DNA from: Octopus sinensis
Lineage: Eukaryota
Length of the DNA: 64,000 nucleotides
Assembly (NCBI RefSeq): GCF_006345805.1
Contig: NC_043004.1
Location: forward strand, 35,030,001-35,094,000
Direction of reading: 5' to 3'
A program made the position numbers and the translations under genes. Below, piece by piece: positions 1 through 11,019 of this stretch. The stretch's first letter is position 1. Every line of letters begins with the position of its first letter. The notes beneath the pieces were generated by a model. That model did not search any database. It saw only the letters and a list, made by a program, of their open reading frames with translations, and had not been told where the DNA came from.

Positions 1-416
1 TTTGAACTGGGGCTTGGGCTCAGTTCAGACAGCTATGTGAAGCTACTGGAGATTGTGGTGAATCTCTGGCAGGAGATGGTTGCTGCTAGAAGGCCATTTG
101 TGTGGCAGCAGAATTTGGCTCCTTGGCATACCTCCAGAAAGAGTCAGAAATGAATATTTCCATGATCAACCCCAATATCTGGCCTCTTAATTCCTCTGAT
201 TGCAATGCCATGGATTATTATGTGTAGATTGTAGTCAAGAAAAATACCAACTACCAAGGGGAGATGATAAAGTAGTGGTGATCCCTGCAACACCAAGGCT
301 GAGCTGGTGGCCTAGATCAAGGAGGTGTTCAAAAATCTTCCCAGAGTAATATATGTACCAGGTTCCAGAGCTGTTTTGAGGCCTTTGTAGAAACTGATGG
401 TGATTACTTGAACTAA
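1..416 (+). mobile_element. Tc1/mariner (maT-like) transposase C-terminal remnant, cut by the window edge
   Basis: Broken frames give SYVKLLEIVV..RPFVWQQNLAPWHTSRKSQ and NIWPLNSSDCNAMDYYV, degenerate versions of the QQD.AP.H and WPPNSPD.NP.DY motifs. Similar to the element at 4190-5047. Confidence 0.75.
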
Positions 417-723
417 ATTCCCAGCCATAATTTAGTTGGTACTTTTCAATGTTTTTAAAATGCTATGGCTGGGATGTTTTCTTTTCCATTTATGCTGTAT
501 CAAATTTAACCAAAAAACCTTATGCATGCATTCATACATACATACATGCATAGATATATACATATATGCATGCATAGATATATACATACATATACAGGAG
601 TCAGATATTCCCAAGGTGTATGTGCATGGCTAAACAAAAGAAATCAATTCCTTATTTTGTTTTGAAATGGCAGAGGTGGGAGCACAAAAATGGTTATTCC
701 ATGACTACATACATTATATATAT

Positions 724-953
724 GGGTATATGGTGTAGTGGTTAAGAGTGTGGGCTACTAACTCCAAGATTCAGAGTTCAAATTCCAGGCAGTGACCTGA
801 ATAATAATAACATCAAAAAATACCTTAAGAATGAGAACCCAGGTTCGAAATTTTCCCCAAGACACCTGATGAAGGCTGGAAGGTATATGAGCCGAAGCAT
901 TGTGTTAACAAAAAACAAGATGAGGACAAATATCCGTTAAATGTAAATAATAA
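724..953 (+). mobile_element. tRNA-headed SINE-like element with an internal hammerhead ribozyme fold
   Basis: A-box TGGTGTAGTGG (731-741), B-box GTTCAAATTCC (776-786), short (AAT)n, then a hammerhead-like motif at 862-905 and an A/T-rich end. Confidence 0.7.
862..905 (+). ncRNA. Minimal type-I hammerhead ribozyme, degenerate copy
   Basis: Stem I ACAC/GTGT; core CTGATGA (866-872) plus an extra A; stem II GGCT/AGCC; then GAAGCATT where GAAACGTT is expected (2 substitutions). Confidence 0.6.
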
Positions 954-1274
954 TTGTTTTTGTTATATATTCTGTTATATATTTGTTATATATATTTATG
1001 AATAAAATAGGGATCAATGATGTAAAGTAATCAATTCAACAAAAGTATCTCAGTCCCAGGATATTCTGCCCCATAAATTGTACCCTCTTTTCCTGTTCCT
1101 CCACTGTACACCCATCATGTTCACATGTACCGGTGAGTAAATTTGTATGACAGGATTTGAAATTTTTCATGCTAAATTACGACAGGTATTAATACCACAT
1201 AGCTCTCCTCTCTACTCCACCTACACACCCCTATACTCTATGTTGCTATGTTCCAGGAATGATCTCATCTCTCA

Positions 1275-1491
1275 CTCTTTACTCTTTTACTTGTTTCAGT
1301 CAGTTGACTGCGGCCATGCTGGAGCACCGCCTTTAGTCGAGCAACTCGACCCCGGGACTTACTCTTTGTAAGTCCAGTACTTATTCTATTGGTCTCTTCT
1401 GCTGAACCGCTAAGTGACGGGGACATAAACACACCAGCATCGGTTGTCAAGCAATGCAAGGGGTACAAACACAGACACACAAACATACATG

Positions 1492-1537
<46 letters not shown>

Positions 1538-1702
1538 TGCGACAGGCTTCTTTCAGTTTCCGTCTACCAAATCCACTCACAAGGCTTTGGTCGGCCCGAG
1601 GCTATAGTAGAAGACACTTGCCCAAGGTGCCACGCAGTGGGACTGAACCCGGAACCATGTGGTTGGTAAGCAAGCTACTTACCACACAGCCACTCCTGCG
1701 CA
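1275..1702 (-). mobile_element. Composite tRNA-headed SINE (CORE-like head, microsatellite, conserved body)
   Basis: Reverse complement of the copies at 7078-7491 and 29088-29490. Contains the ACCTTGGGCAAGT CORE-like motif and A/B-box-like sequences. Confidence 0.85.
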
Positions 1703-1954
1703 TATTTTCATGTTTTTAGTTGGAGAGAAATTTAGTCAAGTAGTCCAAAGCTTGTGTAGTTACATCAGTATCTAGCTCCCCCGGTGATTGTCTAATTTGT
1801 CTACTGCTGGCCCAACAAATTTATAATTTACATTCATTCTGTATAATAATTCGTTATAATTAGCACTGTTGCTTCAGTAAAGACTAAATCTTTAGATTCT
1901 TCTGAGCTAATAACTTGTAATAATGCCTGTTTTTCACTGTTCAGTAACAATGAA

Positions 1955-2108
1955 TGTGTGTGTGTGTGTGTGTGTGCGTTTGTCTCTATGTTTTTTGTGC
2001 ATGTGTATCTTGGTGTGTCTGCATGGATACGTTTGTGTGTGTGTGTGTGTGTGTGTGTCTGTGTCTGTGTCTGTGTCTGTGTGTGTTTGTGTGTGTGTGT
2101 GAGTGTGT

Positions 2109-2173
<65 letters not shown>

Positions 2174-2245
2174 AGTGTGTGTGTGTGTGAGTGTGTGTGT
2201 ATGTGTGTGTGTGTGTGAGTGTGTGTGTGTGTGTGTGTGTTTGTG
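1955..2245. repeat. (TG)n compound microsatellite
   Basis: Direct inspection; accounts for the low-complexity ORFs here. Confidence 0.95.
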
Positions 2246-3903
2246 CATACAAAAAGGAGAGTAAGAAGAGAATGGAAAATTATGAAGTTTTTGTTGCTTT
2301 ATTTTTATTCTAGCAGAATCTGATGAAGAAGATATTAGAAGAGAGGTGTTGACCATTCCACCAACTAAGAACAACTTTCTCGGTACAGATTATTCGGTCA
2401 GAAAAAGATTAATGGAAATATATTCAGTCATTCAAAGTTTTATTTTGAAACATAATTAACATTAAATATACATAAACTATTTTTAACTATTTTAGATGTT
2501 AACATCAAAGAAGACTTTATCAAATTGTTTCTTCACACCTTCCTAAAACTAATCTTGACATAACACTCACTTTCCACTGTTTTGCTTATAAAATATCTAT
2601 CATATTGCACTCCCCAGTTTTGGTCCAAATATTTAAATGCCATCATCAGTATAATCATTATCCTCCCCCTCCTCGTCATCATCAATCACTGTCCTCATCA
2701 TCATCATCATCATCACCATCATCATTTCCCCCCCCAGCATGCGTTGGATGAACTGTCAAGGTCTCAAGCAGTTCATAATTAAAGTTACTTCCCTTTTAGT
2801 CAGAGTGAGGATTATGTCTCACTCATACATTTTATGTTTTGGCATAGCCTCATTAGCTAAATCCTCTTCCTATCACCTGCCACCTCACAGCGTGCCCTTG
2901 GTGCATTTTGTCAAGGAAACGGTTCTTAAAAGACAACACCAAAGGCTCCCCTCAACTTTATATCTTCTGCTCATTCAACAACTCCATTAGTGAGTATACT
3001 GGTTGCATTGTACCATGGCACCAGGACTAGTGAGGTTGCCTTGTTATAGGCAAAGCAAAAGAGTCCTCTCTGCTCAAATTGCCTCTCTTCATGCCAGTAA
3101 TGGGACGAAAGAAGTAGAAGATAGGCAGACAGATATGCAGAGACAGAGAGAGTAAACAAGGAATGAATAATTCTAGGAATGGTTTGATGCAAAAGGATGT
3201 GAGTAATGAGTAACTACAGAAATAGTGAGAGAATCTATTGCATTTGAACCACTAGGTGAAAAACAATGGTGGATATCTCATTTTCTAGACTTATGGCAAC
3301 AAAATATTTATTATTTGTAAGAACATCTCCATCACCTCTTAAAATGCAGCTTATAATTCTCCATTCTCTTTTATCATAAAGGTGTTTATTGCATGGAAGT
3401 TGGAGTCTTAGTTGTGATTTTTTTCCTCAAGAACAAAAGAATAATCATGTAAGAGGTAAGAAGTGGCAAGGAATAATATCGGTACCATTGCTCAACTACT
3501 CATACTTGAACTACAGTGATGTAACGACCATTACATATTGGAATATATTTTCTATATTTGTAATGCAATGCTTGCCATGTTTCTAGTGAAGTGGTTTGCT
3601 AACAGAGAAATTACACTACCATACGCAAATATACAACATTCTTAAAGAATTTGATTTAAAACTTATGTTGTTGTTATTGTTGTTTGACCTGTATTCAACT
3701 TGATCAAGCAGATCTATGATCAAAGACATTCCAGCCATGAGCCATCCTCTTTTATATTTCAGACATTCTATATTGAGCATTACATTACCCAATGTGTTCT
3801 TTCCTGTTTTTTAAGATGGAAGTGCCGTGTGGGAACTTAGGCTGCCATTTCTAGCAATTAGTGTAAACTCTGTGTGGCAGCTATCAAACCATGGTAACAC
3901 GGT

Positions 3904-3999
<96 letters not shown>

Positions 4000-4189
4000 G
4001 TGCAGGTATCTTTATTATGATTGCAATATTCTGATATTCTAGCATTTCTTGAATGAGGTTGGATTGTTTTCCTTTTTCTTTAGAACTAAGCTTTTTTTTG
4101 TTGGACTACAGTCTTGAGAAAATATTGCAAGATAAGTGTTGTTGTAAACAGGCTTACACCATACACACACACACACACACAAATATATA

Positions 4190-5047
4190 CAGGGTGCGAT
4201 GGGTAAATGGTTGCCATTTTCTATTTTTAATGTCATGTATGCACGTTGTTTGTTTTTGATTTTGTTGGCTACACAGTATAGTAGGGCCAGTTGGGCAAAA
4301 CAGCACCATGATGCAATTCAGTCTGCCAGAAAGTTGGAAACAACATGCTGTACTGCTTGGCATTCACACTAGAAGCTCCAGTACAAAGAGACGAACACAC
4401 AGAACCAGCGTTGGCTTGCTGTATCCCCAAAACATGGACTGAGAGTGATAAAAATCAAAGATCCAGTCAACATCATGGTGTTTGGAGTGATTGCTAGTAA
4501 TGGCGATGTTATGCTTCCATTCATCTTCCCACATGGCCTCAGGCTCAACACGGAGGCCTACATAAAGTGCCTGGAGAAGGTAGTGCTGCCCTGGATGAAT
4601 AGAGTGGCTGCTGTATCTGGTAACAGGACTCTGCATCATGCCACACAAACAGGAGAACCCAGTCATGGCTGTCAGACAATTTCTGCGATGGCATCACCCT
4701 AAATATCTCGCCACCTGACTTTCCACACTATAACCCCCTTGATTATTATGTGTGGGCCGCAGTTGAGCAAAAGACCAACAAGACTCCTTGCAACTCAAAG
4801 ATGAACTGAAGGCAAGGATTATGGCAGCATTCACCAACTTAAACAAAGAGACCCTCCTGAAGAGCTACAGGAGATTCTGAAGTTGTCTGGAGGCCAAGGT
4901 TGAAGCGAATGGGGATTTTATTGAATAAATTCCCTCTTTAGTATTTCAAGATATTTTTATGTAATTTTAGTAAATACATCTGTTAAAATGAGATGTCAGT
5001 GTTATTTTCCTTTTGTGTAATTTAGACAATTCATTCACCGCACCCTG
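4190..5047 (+). mobile_element. Internally deleted Tc1/mariner DD37D (maT) element with both termini
   Basis: TA-CAGGGTGCG at the left and CGCACCCTG-TA at the right (inverted termini, TA duplication). Frameshifted transposase: IMVFGVIASNGDVMLPFIFP..LNTEAYIKCLEKVV, then QDSASCH..NPLDYYVW with exactly 37 residues between the last two Asp. Confidence 0.9.
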
Positions 5048-5074
5048 TATATATATATATGTGTGTGTATATAT

Positions 5075-5240
5075 AAGCGTAAGCCTGGCTGTACAGTTAA
5101 GAATTTACTTTACGACTATGTGATATCAGGTTCAGTTCCACCATGCAGCACCTTTGGCAAATGTCTACTGTTGTAGCTCCAAGCTTACGCATGCCTTGTG
5201 AGGGAATTTAGCTGATGGAAACTGTGCAGAAGCCTGCTTT
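5075..5240 (+). mobile_element. Degenerate CORE-like SINE head
   Basis: Diverged match to the 7078-7230 head (GGTTCAGTTCCAC, CACCTTTGGCAAATGTCT, GCCTTGTGAG, GGAAACTG). Confidence 0.6.
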
Positions 5241-5244
5241 GTGA

Positions 5245-5450
5245 CCACATGTGTATCACTGGCGATTTTCTTTCTCCGTCTTCCCTTCCTTGGACCCTTT
5301 TTTTTTCTATGTTTCTGATGAAGAGCTCCACTCGAAACATTAAATTCCCCTTCTTACTTTCCTTTCCTGAGCATCCAATAACACTATAATTGTTCCATGT
5401 CCTCGTGTTGTTGTGTTTTCTCTTTGTTCATGTTTGGATTTACTATATAT
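5245..5450 (+). mobile_element. Penelope-like terminal fragment with hammerhead fold, ending at (TA)n
   Basis: Hammerhead motif at 5311-5345, then CCTGAG..AATA.CA, a pyrimidine-rich tail and (TA)n. Same layout as 25450-25615. Confidence 0.5.
5311..5345 (+). ncRNA. Minimal type-I hammerhead ribozyme, one CpG-type substitution in stem III
   Basis: GTTT-CTGATGA-A-GAG(CTCCA)CTC-GAAAC-ATT-AAAT. Stem I GTTT/AAAT, stem II GAG/CTC, and ACAT where palindromic ACGT is expected. Confidence 0.55.
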
Positions 5451-5469
5451 ATATATACACATATTTTCG

Positions 5470-5633
5470 TTTTATCTGGTGAAGGCTGGTTTATAGGGTT
5501 ACCCATCCATAAAAGGTGTGACTTTATGGCATGTTGTCAGACCCCAATGCCTGATGATATGCCATAAAGGTGAACCCTTTATGGACGAGAAGCCTAGTGT
5601 AACACCATGAACTGGCCTTCACCAGATGTAAAA
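5470..5633. mobile_element. MITE-like element with terminal and internal inverted repeats
   Basis: TTTTATCTGGTGAAGGCTGGTT versus AACTGGCCTTCACCAGATGTAAAA; inner CCATAAA..TTTATGGCAT versus ATGCCATAAA..TTTATGG. Confidence 0.7.
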
Positions 5634-5699
5634 TATAGACTGCTCTTTCTTAGAGTGTGTTTCTTCTCCAGATTTATGTTTTCTAATAACTATATATAT

Positions 5700-5731
<32 letters not shown>

Positions 5732-6109
5732 CATATATATGTATGTATATATATATATATCAGCATCATCAACAACAACAACAACAATATTTAGCATCTT
5801 TGTTTCATACAGGCATGGTTTCACAGGATCCAACAGATCTGAAGACTACATCATGCTTCAATGTCTGCTTGGCATGGCTTCTATGGCTGGATGCCGTTCC
5901 CTACTCCTCATCACATTGCAGTGAGTACTGAGTATATTTTTCATGCCACCAGTACAAGTGAGGCTGCCATATTTCCTGCAAGATTAAAATCCCTTTGAAA
6001 TGAGTGGAGGGGAAGTGACTTTATGCTATGGGATCAGGAGTTAAAGTGTGAAAGAAGGCATTGGAACAGATTTCTTGCTATAAATAAGCTGCACAATTAC
6101 TCACCTTAT

Positions 6110-6495
6110 ATCATCATCATTATTGTTTAATGTCCATTTTCCATGCTAGCATGGGTTGGATGGTTCGACCGGGGTCTGGGAAGCCAGGAGGCTGCACCAG
6201 GCTCGAGTCTGATCTGGCAGTGTTTCTACAGGTGGATGCCCTTCCTAATGCCAACCACTCTGTGAGTGTAGTGGGTGCTTTTTACATGCCAACGGCACAG
6301 GTGCCAGGCGAGGCGGGCAACGGCCACGATTGGTTGGTGTTTTTTATGTGCCACCAGCACGGAATCCAGTCAAGGCGGCGCTGGCATCAGCCACGTTCAG
6401 ATGGTGTATTTTACGTGCCACCAGCACAGGTATAACAACTACAATTTCCATTTGATTTTTTGATGTACTTGACTCAATAGGTCTCCTCAAGCACA
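6110..6495 (-). mobile_element. RTE LINE 3'UTR fragment (5'-truncated)
   Basis: Matches the 3'UTR of the RTE copy at 40803-41404, including the (GAT)n tail and the ~60-nt internal repeats. Confidence 0.8.
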
Positions 6496-6760
6496 GTGTG
6501 TGTATATATACATATCATCATCATCATCACAGTGTGTGTGTGTATATATACATATCATCATCATCATCACAGTGTGTGTGTGTATATATACATATCATCG
6601 TCATCATCACAGTGTGTGTGTGTATATATACATATCATCGTCATCATCACAGTGTGTGTGTGTATATATACATATCATCATCATCATCACAGTGTGTGTG
6701 TGTATATATACATATCATCATCATCATCACAGTGTGTGTGTATATATATATATCATAGTA
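6492..6760. repeat. 40-bp minisatellite, about 6.5 units
   Basis: Unit CACAG(TG)5(TA)4CATA(TCA)4T; CACAG recurs at 6528, 6568, 6608, 6648, 6688 and 6728. Confidence 0.95.
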
Positions 6761-6849
6761 TATACATATTAATAATAATAATATGACAACAAAAGAAAGA
6801 ATGAGACCTCGATATTATGTAAATTGAGGAATTTATCTATAATATTATA

Positions 6850-7048
6850 TGTGACAATTCGTTGGTTGCCATAATAAAACTCAGGGTTTCGGATGTTGGG
6901 GCAGAATTCTGCTCTGGCATCTTGTCAATTATTAAGACAAAAAAAATGTATTTTTGTTTGTCTTAGTAACTGACAAGTTGCCGAAACAGAATTCTGCACC
7001 AACATCCGAAACTCTGAGTTTTATAATGGCAACCGACTAATTGTCACA
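6850..7048. mobile_element. Fold-back palindromic MITE-like element
   Basis: About 90-bp imperfect inverted arms (TGTGACAATT..GTTGCCAT..CTCAGGGTTTCGGATGTTGG.GCAGAATTCTG..CTTGTCA..TAAGACAAA and its reverse complement) around a short A/T loop. Confidence 0.8.
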
Positions 7049-7077
7049 GATTTTATTATATATTTATATATATATAC

Positions 7078-7238
7078 GCGTAGGAGTGGCTGTGTGGTAA
7101 GTAGCTTGTTTACCAACCACATGGTTCTGGGTTCAGTCCCACTGCATGGCACCTTGGGCAAGTGTCTTCTACTATAGCCTCGGGCTGACCAAAGCCTTGT
7201 GAGTGGATTTGGTAGACGGAAACTGAAAGCCCGTCGTA

Positions 7239-7289
<51 letters not shown>

Positions 7290-7491
7290 TTGTATTTGTC
7301 CCCTCCCAACATTGCCTGACAACCGATGCTGGTGTGTTTATGTCCCCGATACTTAGCGGTTCGGCAAAGAGACCAATAGAGTAAGTACTGGGCTTACAAA
7401 AGAATAAGACCCAGGGTCGAGTTGCTTGATTAAAGGCGGTGCTCCAGCATGGCCGCAGTCAAATGACTGAAACAAGTAAAAGAGTAAAGAG
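7078..7491 (+). mobile_element. Composite tRNA-headed CORE-like SINE, full length
   Basis: Head GCGTAGGAGTGGCTGTGTGGTAAG..GGTTCAGTCCC..ACCTTGGGCAAGTG, (TA)n(TG)n, body ending CAAGTAAAAGAGTAAAGAG. Confidence 0.85.
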
Positions 7492-8419
7492 TATATACAT
7501 GCAATAATTCTAAATAAGCACCATGCAAGTGATGTTATTTATTTCAAGTCTTCCATGGAGAAGATGTCTGGCCAAGGGAAAATATTACTTGGTTTGACAG
7601 CAGAAAATTTGCCTCAGCACTTTCTATCTGACTCATGCAAACACAGAAAAGTGGGAGCTACAATGATGATGATGATGACGACAATGACGATGAAGATGAC
7701 AAGTATGATACAGAGTCATGTGCAAACTCAGTTTTAAAAAATGACAAAAGGGACAAAAAGAAAAAAAATAGAGCAAGGAATGAAGACAACATTTTACCAT
7801 ATTAATCCAAATTATATTTCATGAAAATTAAACTACATTTTACAATTTATTTCAGTAATATTTCATAAAACAAAATTTATTTTAAAAATAAATCCATCAG
7901 TAACCTTGTAATGATGTAAACTTTGCTGGCTATTTTTGTAGTTAGGCCTACTAGTTTGTGACTACTATTATGGCTAGTATGGCTGATGTTCACATTTCAT
8001 ATTGCTACTGTTACTAATTAAAGGATTTCACTTCAGTTAAAATCATTAATATATTTTTATGCCAAACATCATCATTTCCACAGATAAATCATTATGGTTA
8101 ATCTATAAATTTGCGGCATTGAAAATGTAACTGCAAATACCAGACAGTCAAAGAATAAAATAGAAAACAAAACAAATGAGAAAATAACAAATAGAAACAA
8201 GTATAAACTCTGTTTACCCTCATCCACCAACTCGTTTTATTGCCTCTAATTTTCATCTCCATCACTCATACATAATTTGACTTATTTTTTTAAAAATTTA
8301 TATTTTATATGTTTGTATTGATTTTCACCAATATTATACATAGTTCAACTTTTCGCTTCACCTCAAACAACACCTATTCTAGTCTCACTTAGCCAGCAGT
8401 TTTATTCAAAGTTTTAGAA

Positions 8420-8424
8420 TGATA

Positions 8425-8463
<39 letters not shown>

Positions 8464-8496
8464 GTAATAGTAATAATGGTAATAATAATAATAATA

Positions 8497-8532
<36 letters not shown>

Positions 8533-8565
8533 GTAATAGTAATAATAGTAATAATAATAGTAATA

Positions 8566-8601
<36 letters not shown>

Positions 8602-8673
8602 GTAATAATAATAATAATAATAATAGTAATAATAATAATAATAATAATAATTATAGTAATAATAATAATAATA

Positions 8674-8709
<36 letters not shown>

Positions 8710-8726
8710 TGATGATAATAATAATA

Positions 8727-8766
<40 letters not shown>

Positions 8767-8770
8767 TGAA
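8420..8770. repeat. Long (AAT)n microsatellite with AGT/GAT variants
   Basis: Direct inspection. Confidence 0.95.
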
Positions 8771-9126
8771 ACCGAAAATGGAAATAAAAATGAAGCTGGA
8801 CCTTTAAGGGAAGGTCTCTCACTTGGCAGTGGATCAGTAAAGATGCAGATTGACCACAGCTGTCATCATAATACATCAACAGCAGATAATAGAGCGAGGA
8901 GGAGGAGATGGGCCAACAAAGAAAACAGGATAGAGAAGGGTATACTCTTTTACTTGTTTCAGTCATTTGACTGCGGCCATGCTGGAGTACCACCTTTAGT
9001 TGAGCAAATCAACCCTAGGACTTACCTAGTACTTATTCTATCAGTCTCTTTTGCCGAACAGCTAAGTTACGGGGATGTAAACACATCACTATCAGTTGTC
9101 AAGTGATATTGGGGGGACAAACACAG

Positions 9127-9175
<49 letters not shown>

Positions 9176-10540
9176 CATATATACGATGGGCTTCTTTCAG
9201 TTTTCGTCTACCAAATCCACTCACAAGGCTTTGGTTGGCCCGAGGCTATAGTAGAAGACACTTACCCGAGGTGTATGTTTAAAGTGTCTGAGTAGAGATT
9301 AGTTGATCAAGCTAATGCTATTAGAAGAAAGTGGATGACAGAATTGGAGGTAGAAGAGATCACAAGAGAACTAGAAAAGAAAGACCAGGCTGTAGGAAAG
9401 ACAAACAACAACATAGGAGATACATCTCAAACCAAAGCAGAACCTAAAGGAAAAAAATAATAATAGCACTACCAATAAGGAAGGGACAACTGGCACCAAC
9501 GACTTAAGTGATTTAAGTGAGGAAGATCAGAGGATTTTAGATGAGTTGCAGGAAGTAATAAGTAAAGAAGTAAGAAAAAGATTACCATCCTTAAATGGCA
9601 CCAACAGAAGGAAGCTGCTAGAAATGACTAGGAAAGTAGATTCCGTTATCAGTAGGATAAATACTAAAAATATAGGGGACACTACCTTATTTATCTATGC
9701 AGGAGGGGTAATAGTCACTAGGATATTCGATATCTCATAGGGAAAGATTAAAAAAGAGCAATTGTGGAAAAGCCGACTACAATATAAAGTGAAGACTTTA
9801 AGACAATGTCTGAGTAGAATAGAAACCTAGAAACTGAACAAGTTAGGAAACACACAATACAAATCTTACTTCAAGGAAAGATACTTTGTCAAAGAGAAAG
9901 GATTTGGGACAGTAACAGAAGTGTTGAAACAGAATATCATAGCAGTATCAGGCAGGCTCTCCAGATATCAGAAAATAGATTAGTATCAACAGAATAGATT
10001 GTTTGAGACAGACCAGAGAAGATTTTATAACCAAATAGTGGAGAACAAAGTACTGAAGATGAGAAACCTAATGCAGAGGAAGCTAGAACGTTCTAGAGTA
10101 ATATTTGGGATAAACCAGTCAATCATAGTGGAGATGCAGTATGGTTAAAAATGTGAGTAAAGAAGTAGTGAGTGAGAAGCAGCCAGATAGAGAATAGGAA
10201 GCCAGACATAGTCTTAATTGAGAAAGAAAACAAACTATGCTGGGTCATGGATATAGCATACCCAGCTGACAAGGTATGTGATAAGGAAGAAAGAAAAGTT
10301 GAGAGATATGACTGGTTAGCTTGGGAAGTTAAGCAGTTGTGGTCAATGAAAAAGGTAGCGGTAGTACCAATAATTGTTAGAGCCCTGGGAACAGTGAACA
10401 AAAATCTTGAGAAATACTTGGAACAAATAGGGGCAGCAATAAGGGTGGAGCACTTGTGGAAAACAGCACTGCTTGGAACCGCTTGAAAACTCTTGAAGGT
10501 GCTCGAAAAATAAGGGATGTTACCTTAGTTCACTGGTAGT
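8770..10540 (+). mobile_element. R4/Dong-like non-LTR retrotransposon (RLE type), internally deleted and degenerate
   Basis: N-terminal motifs RRRRWANKEN, LVDQANAIRRKWMTELEVEEI, RKRLPSLNG, IYAGGVIVT. C-terminal restriction-like endonuclease RKPDIVLIEK..VMDIAYP..KVERY..VVPIIVRALG..VEHLWKTALLGTA. No RT between them; interrupted by a SINE at 8945-9273. Confidence 0.8.
8945..9273 (-). mobile_element. Composite SINE (5'-truncated) nested in the Dong-like LINE
   Basis: Same family as 1275-1702. Confidence 0.85.
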
Positions 10541-10639
10541 GAACAGCTGACATTGTAGAGTACAAATCAAGGCATGACAGACTTGGTCAATATTTACATT
10601 GGATAATGTGTTGGAATGACTGGAATCCATGCTAGCAGG

Positions 10640-11010
10640 GTACAAAGAGCACCATCTGAGCATGATCATTGCCAGAGCAGCCAACTGGCTTCCATGCCAG
10701 TGGCACATAAAAGGGTACCATTCGAGCGTGATCATTACTAACGTCGCCTTACTGGCACCTGTACCAGTGGCATGTGAAAAAAGGTTTGAGCGAGGTCATT
10801 GCCAGTACCGCCTGACTGGCCCCCGTGCCAGTGGCACGTAAAAAGCACCCACTACACTCTCAGAGTGGTTGGCATTAGGAAGGGCATCCAGCTGTAAAAA
10901 CTTTGCCAGATCAAAATTGGAGCCTGGTGCAGCCATCTGGTTTGTCGGCCCTCAGTCAAAATCGTCCAACCCATGCTAGCATGGAAAGCGGACGTTAAAC
11001 GATGATGATG
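10640..11010 (+). mobile_element. RTE LINE 3'UTR fragment
   Basis: Internal hairpin repeats, GGTTGGCATTAGGAAGGGCATCCAG, ending TTAAAC(GAT)n. Confidence 0.8.
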
Positions 11011-11019
11011 ATGATGATT

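Noticed and set aside
724-790. tRNA gene (also the heads at 24401, 34762 and 37716)
   Set aside because: A/B boxes are present but there is no complete cloverleaf or acceptor stem, and each continues into a repeat body. These are SINE heads.
2324-2392. Plus-strand exon candidate AESDEEDIRREVLTIPPTKNNFL
   Set aside because: Weak donor (GTACAG), no recognisable homology and no partner exons.
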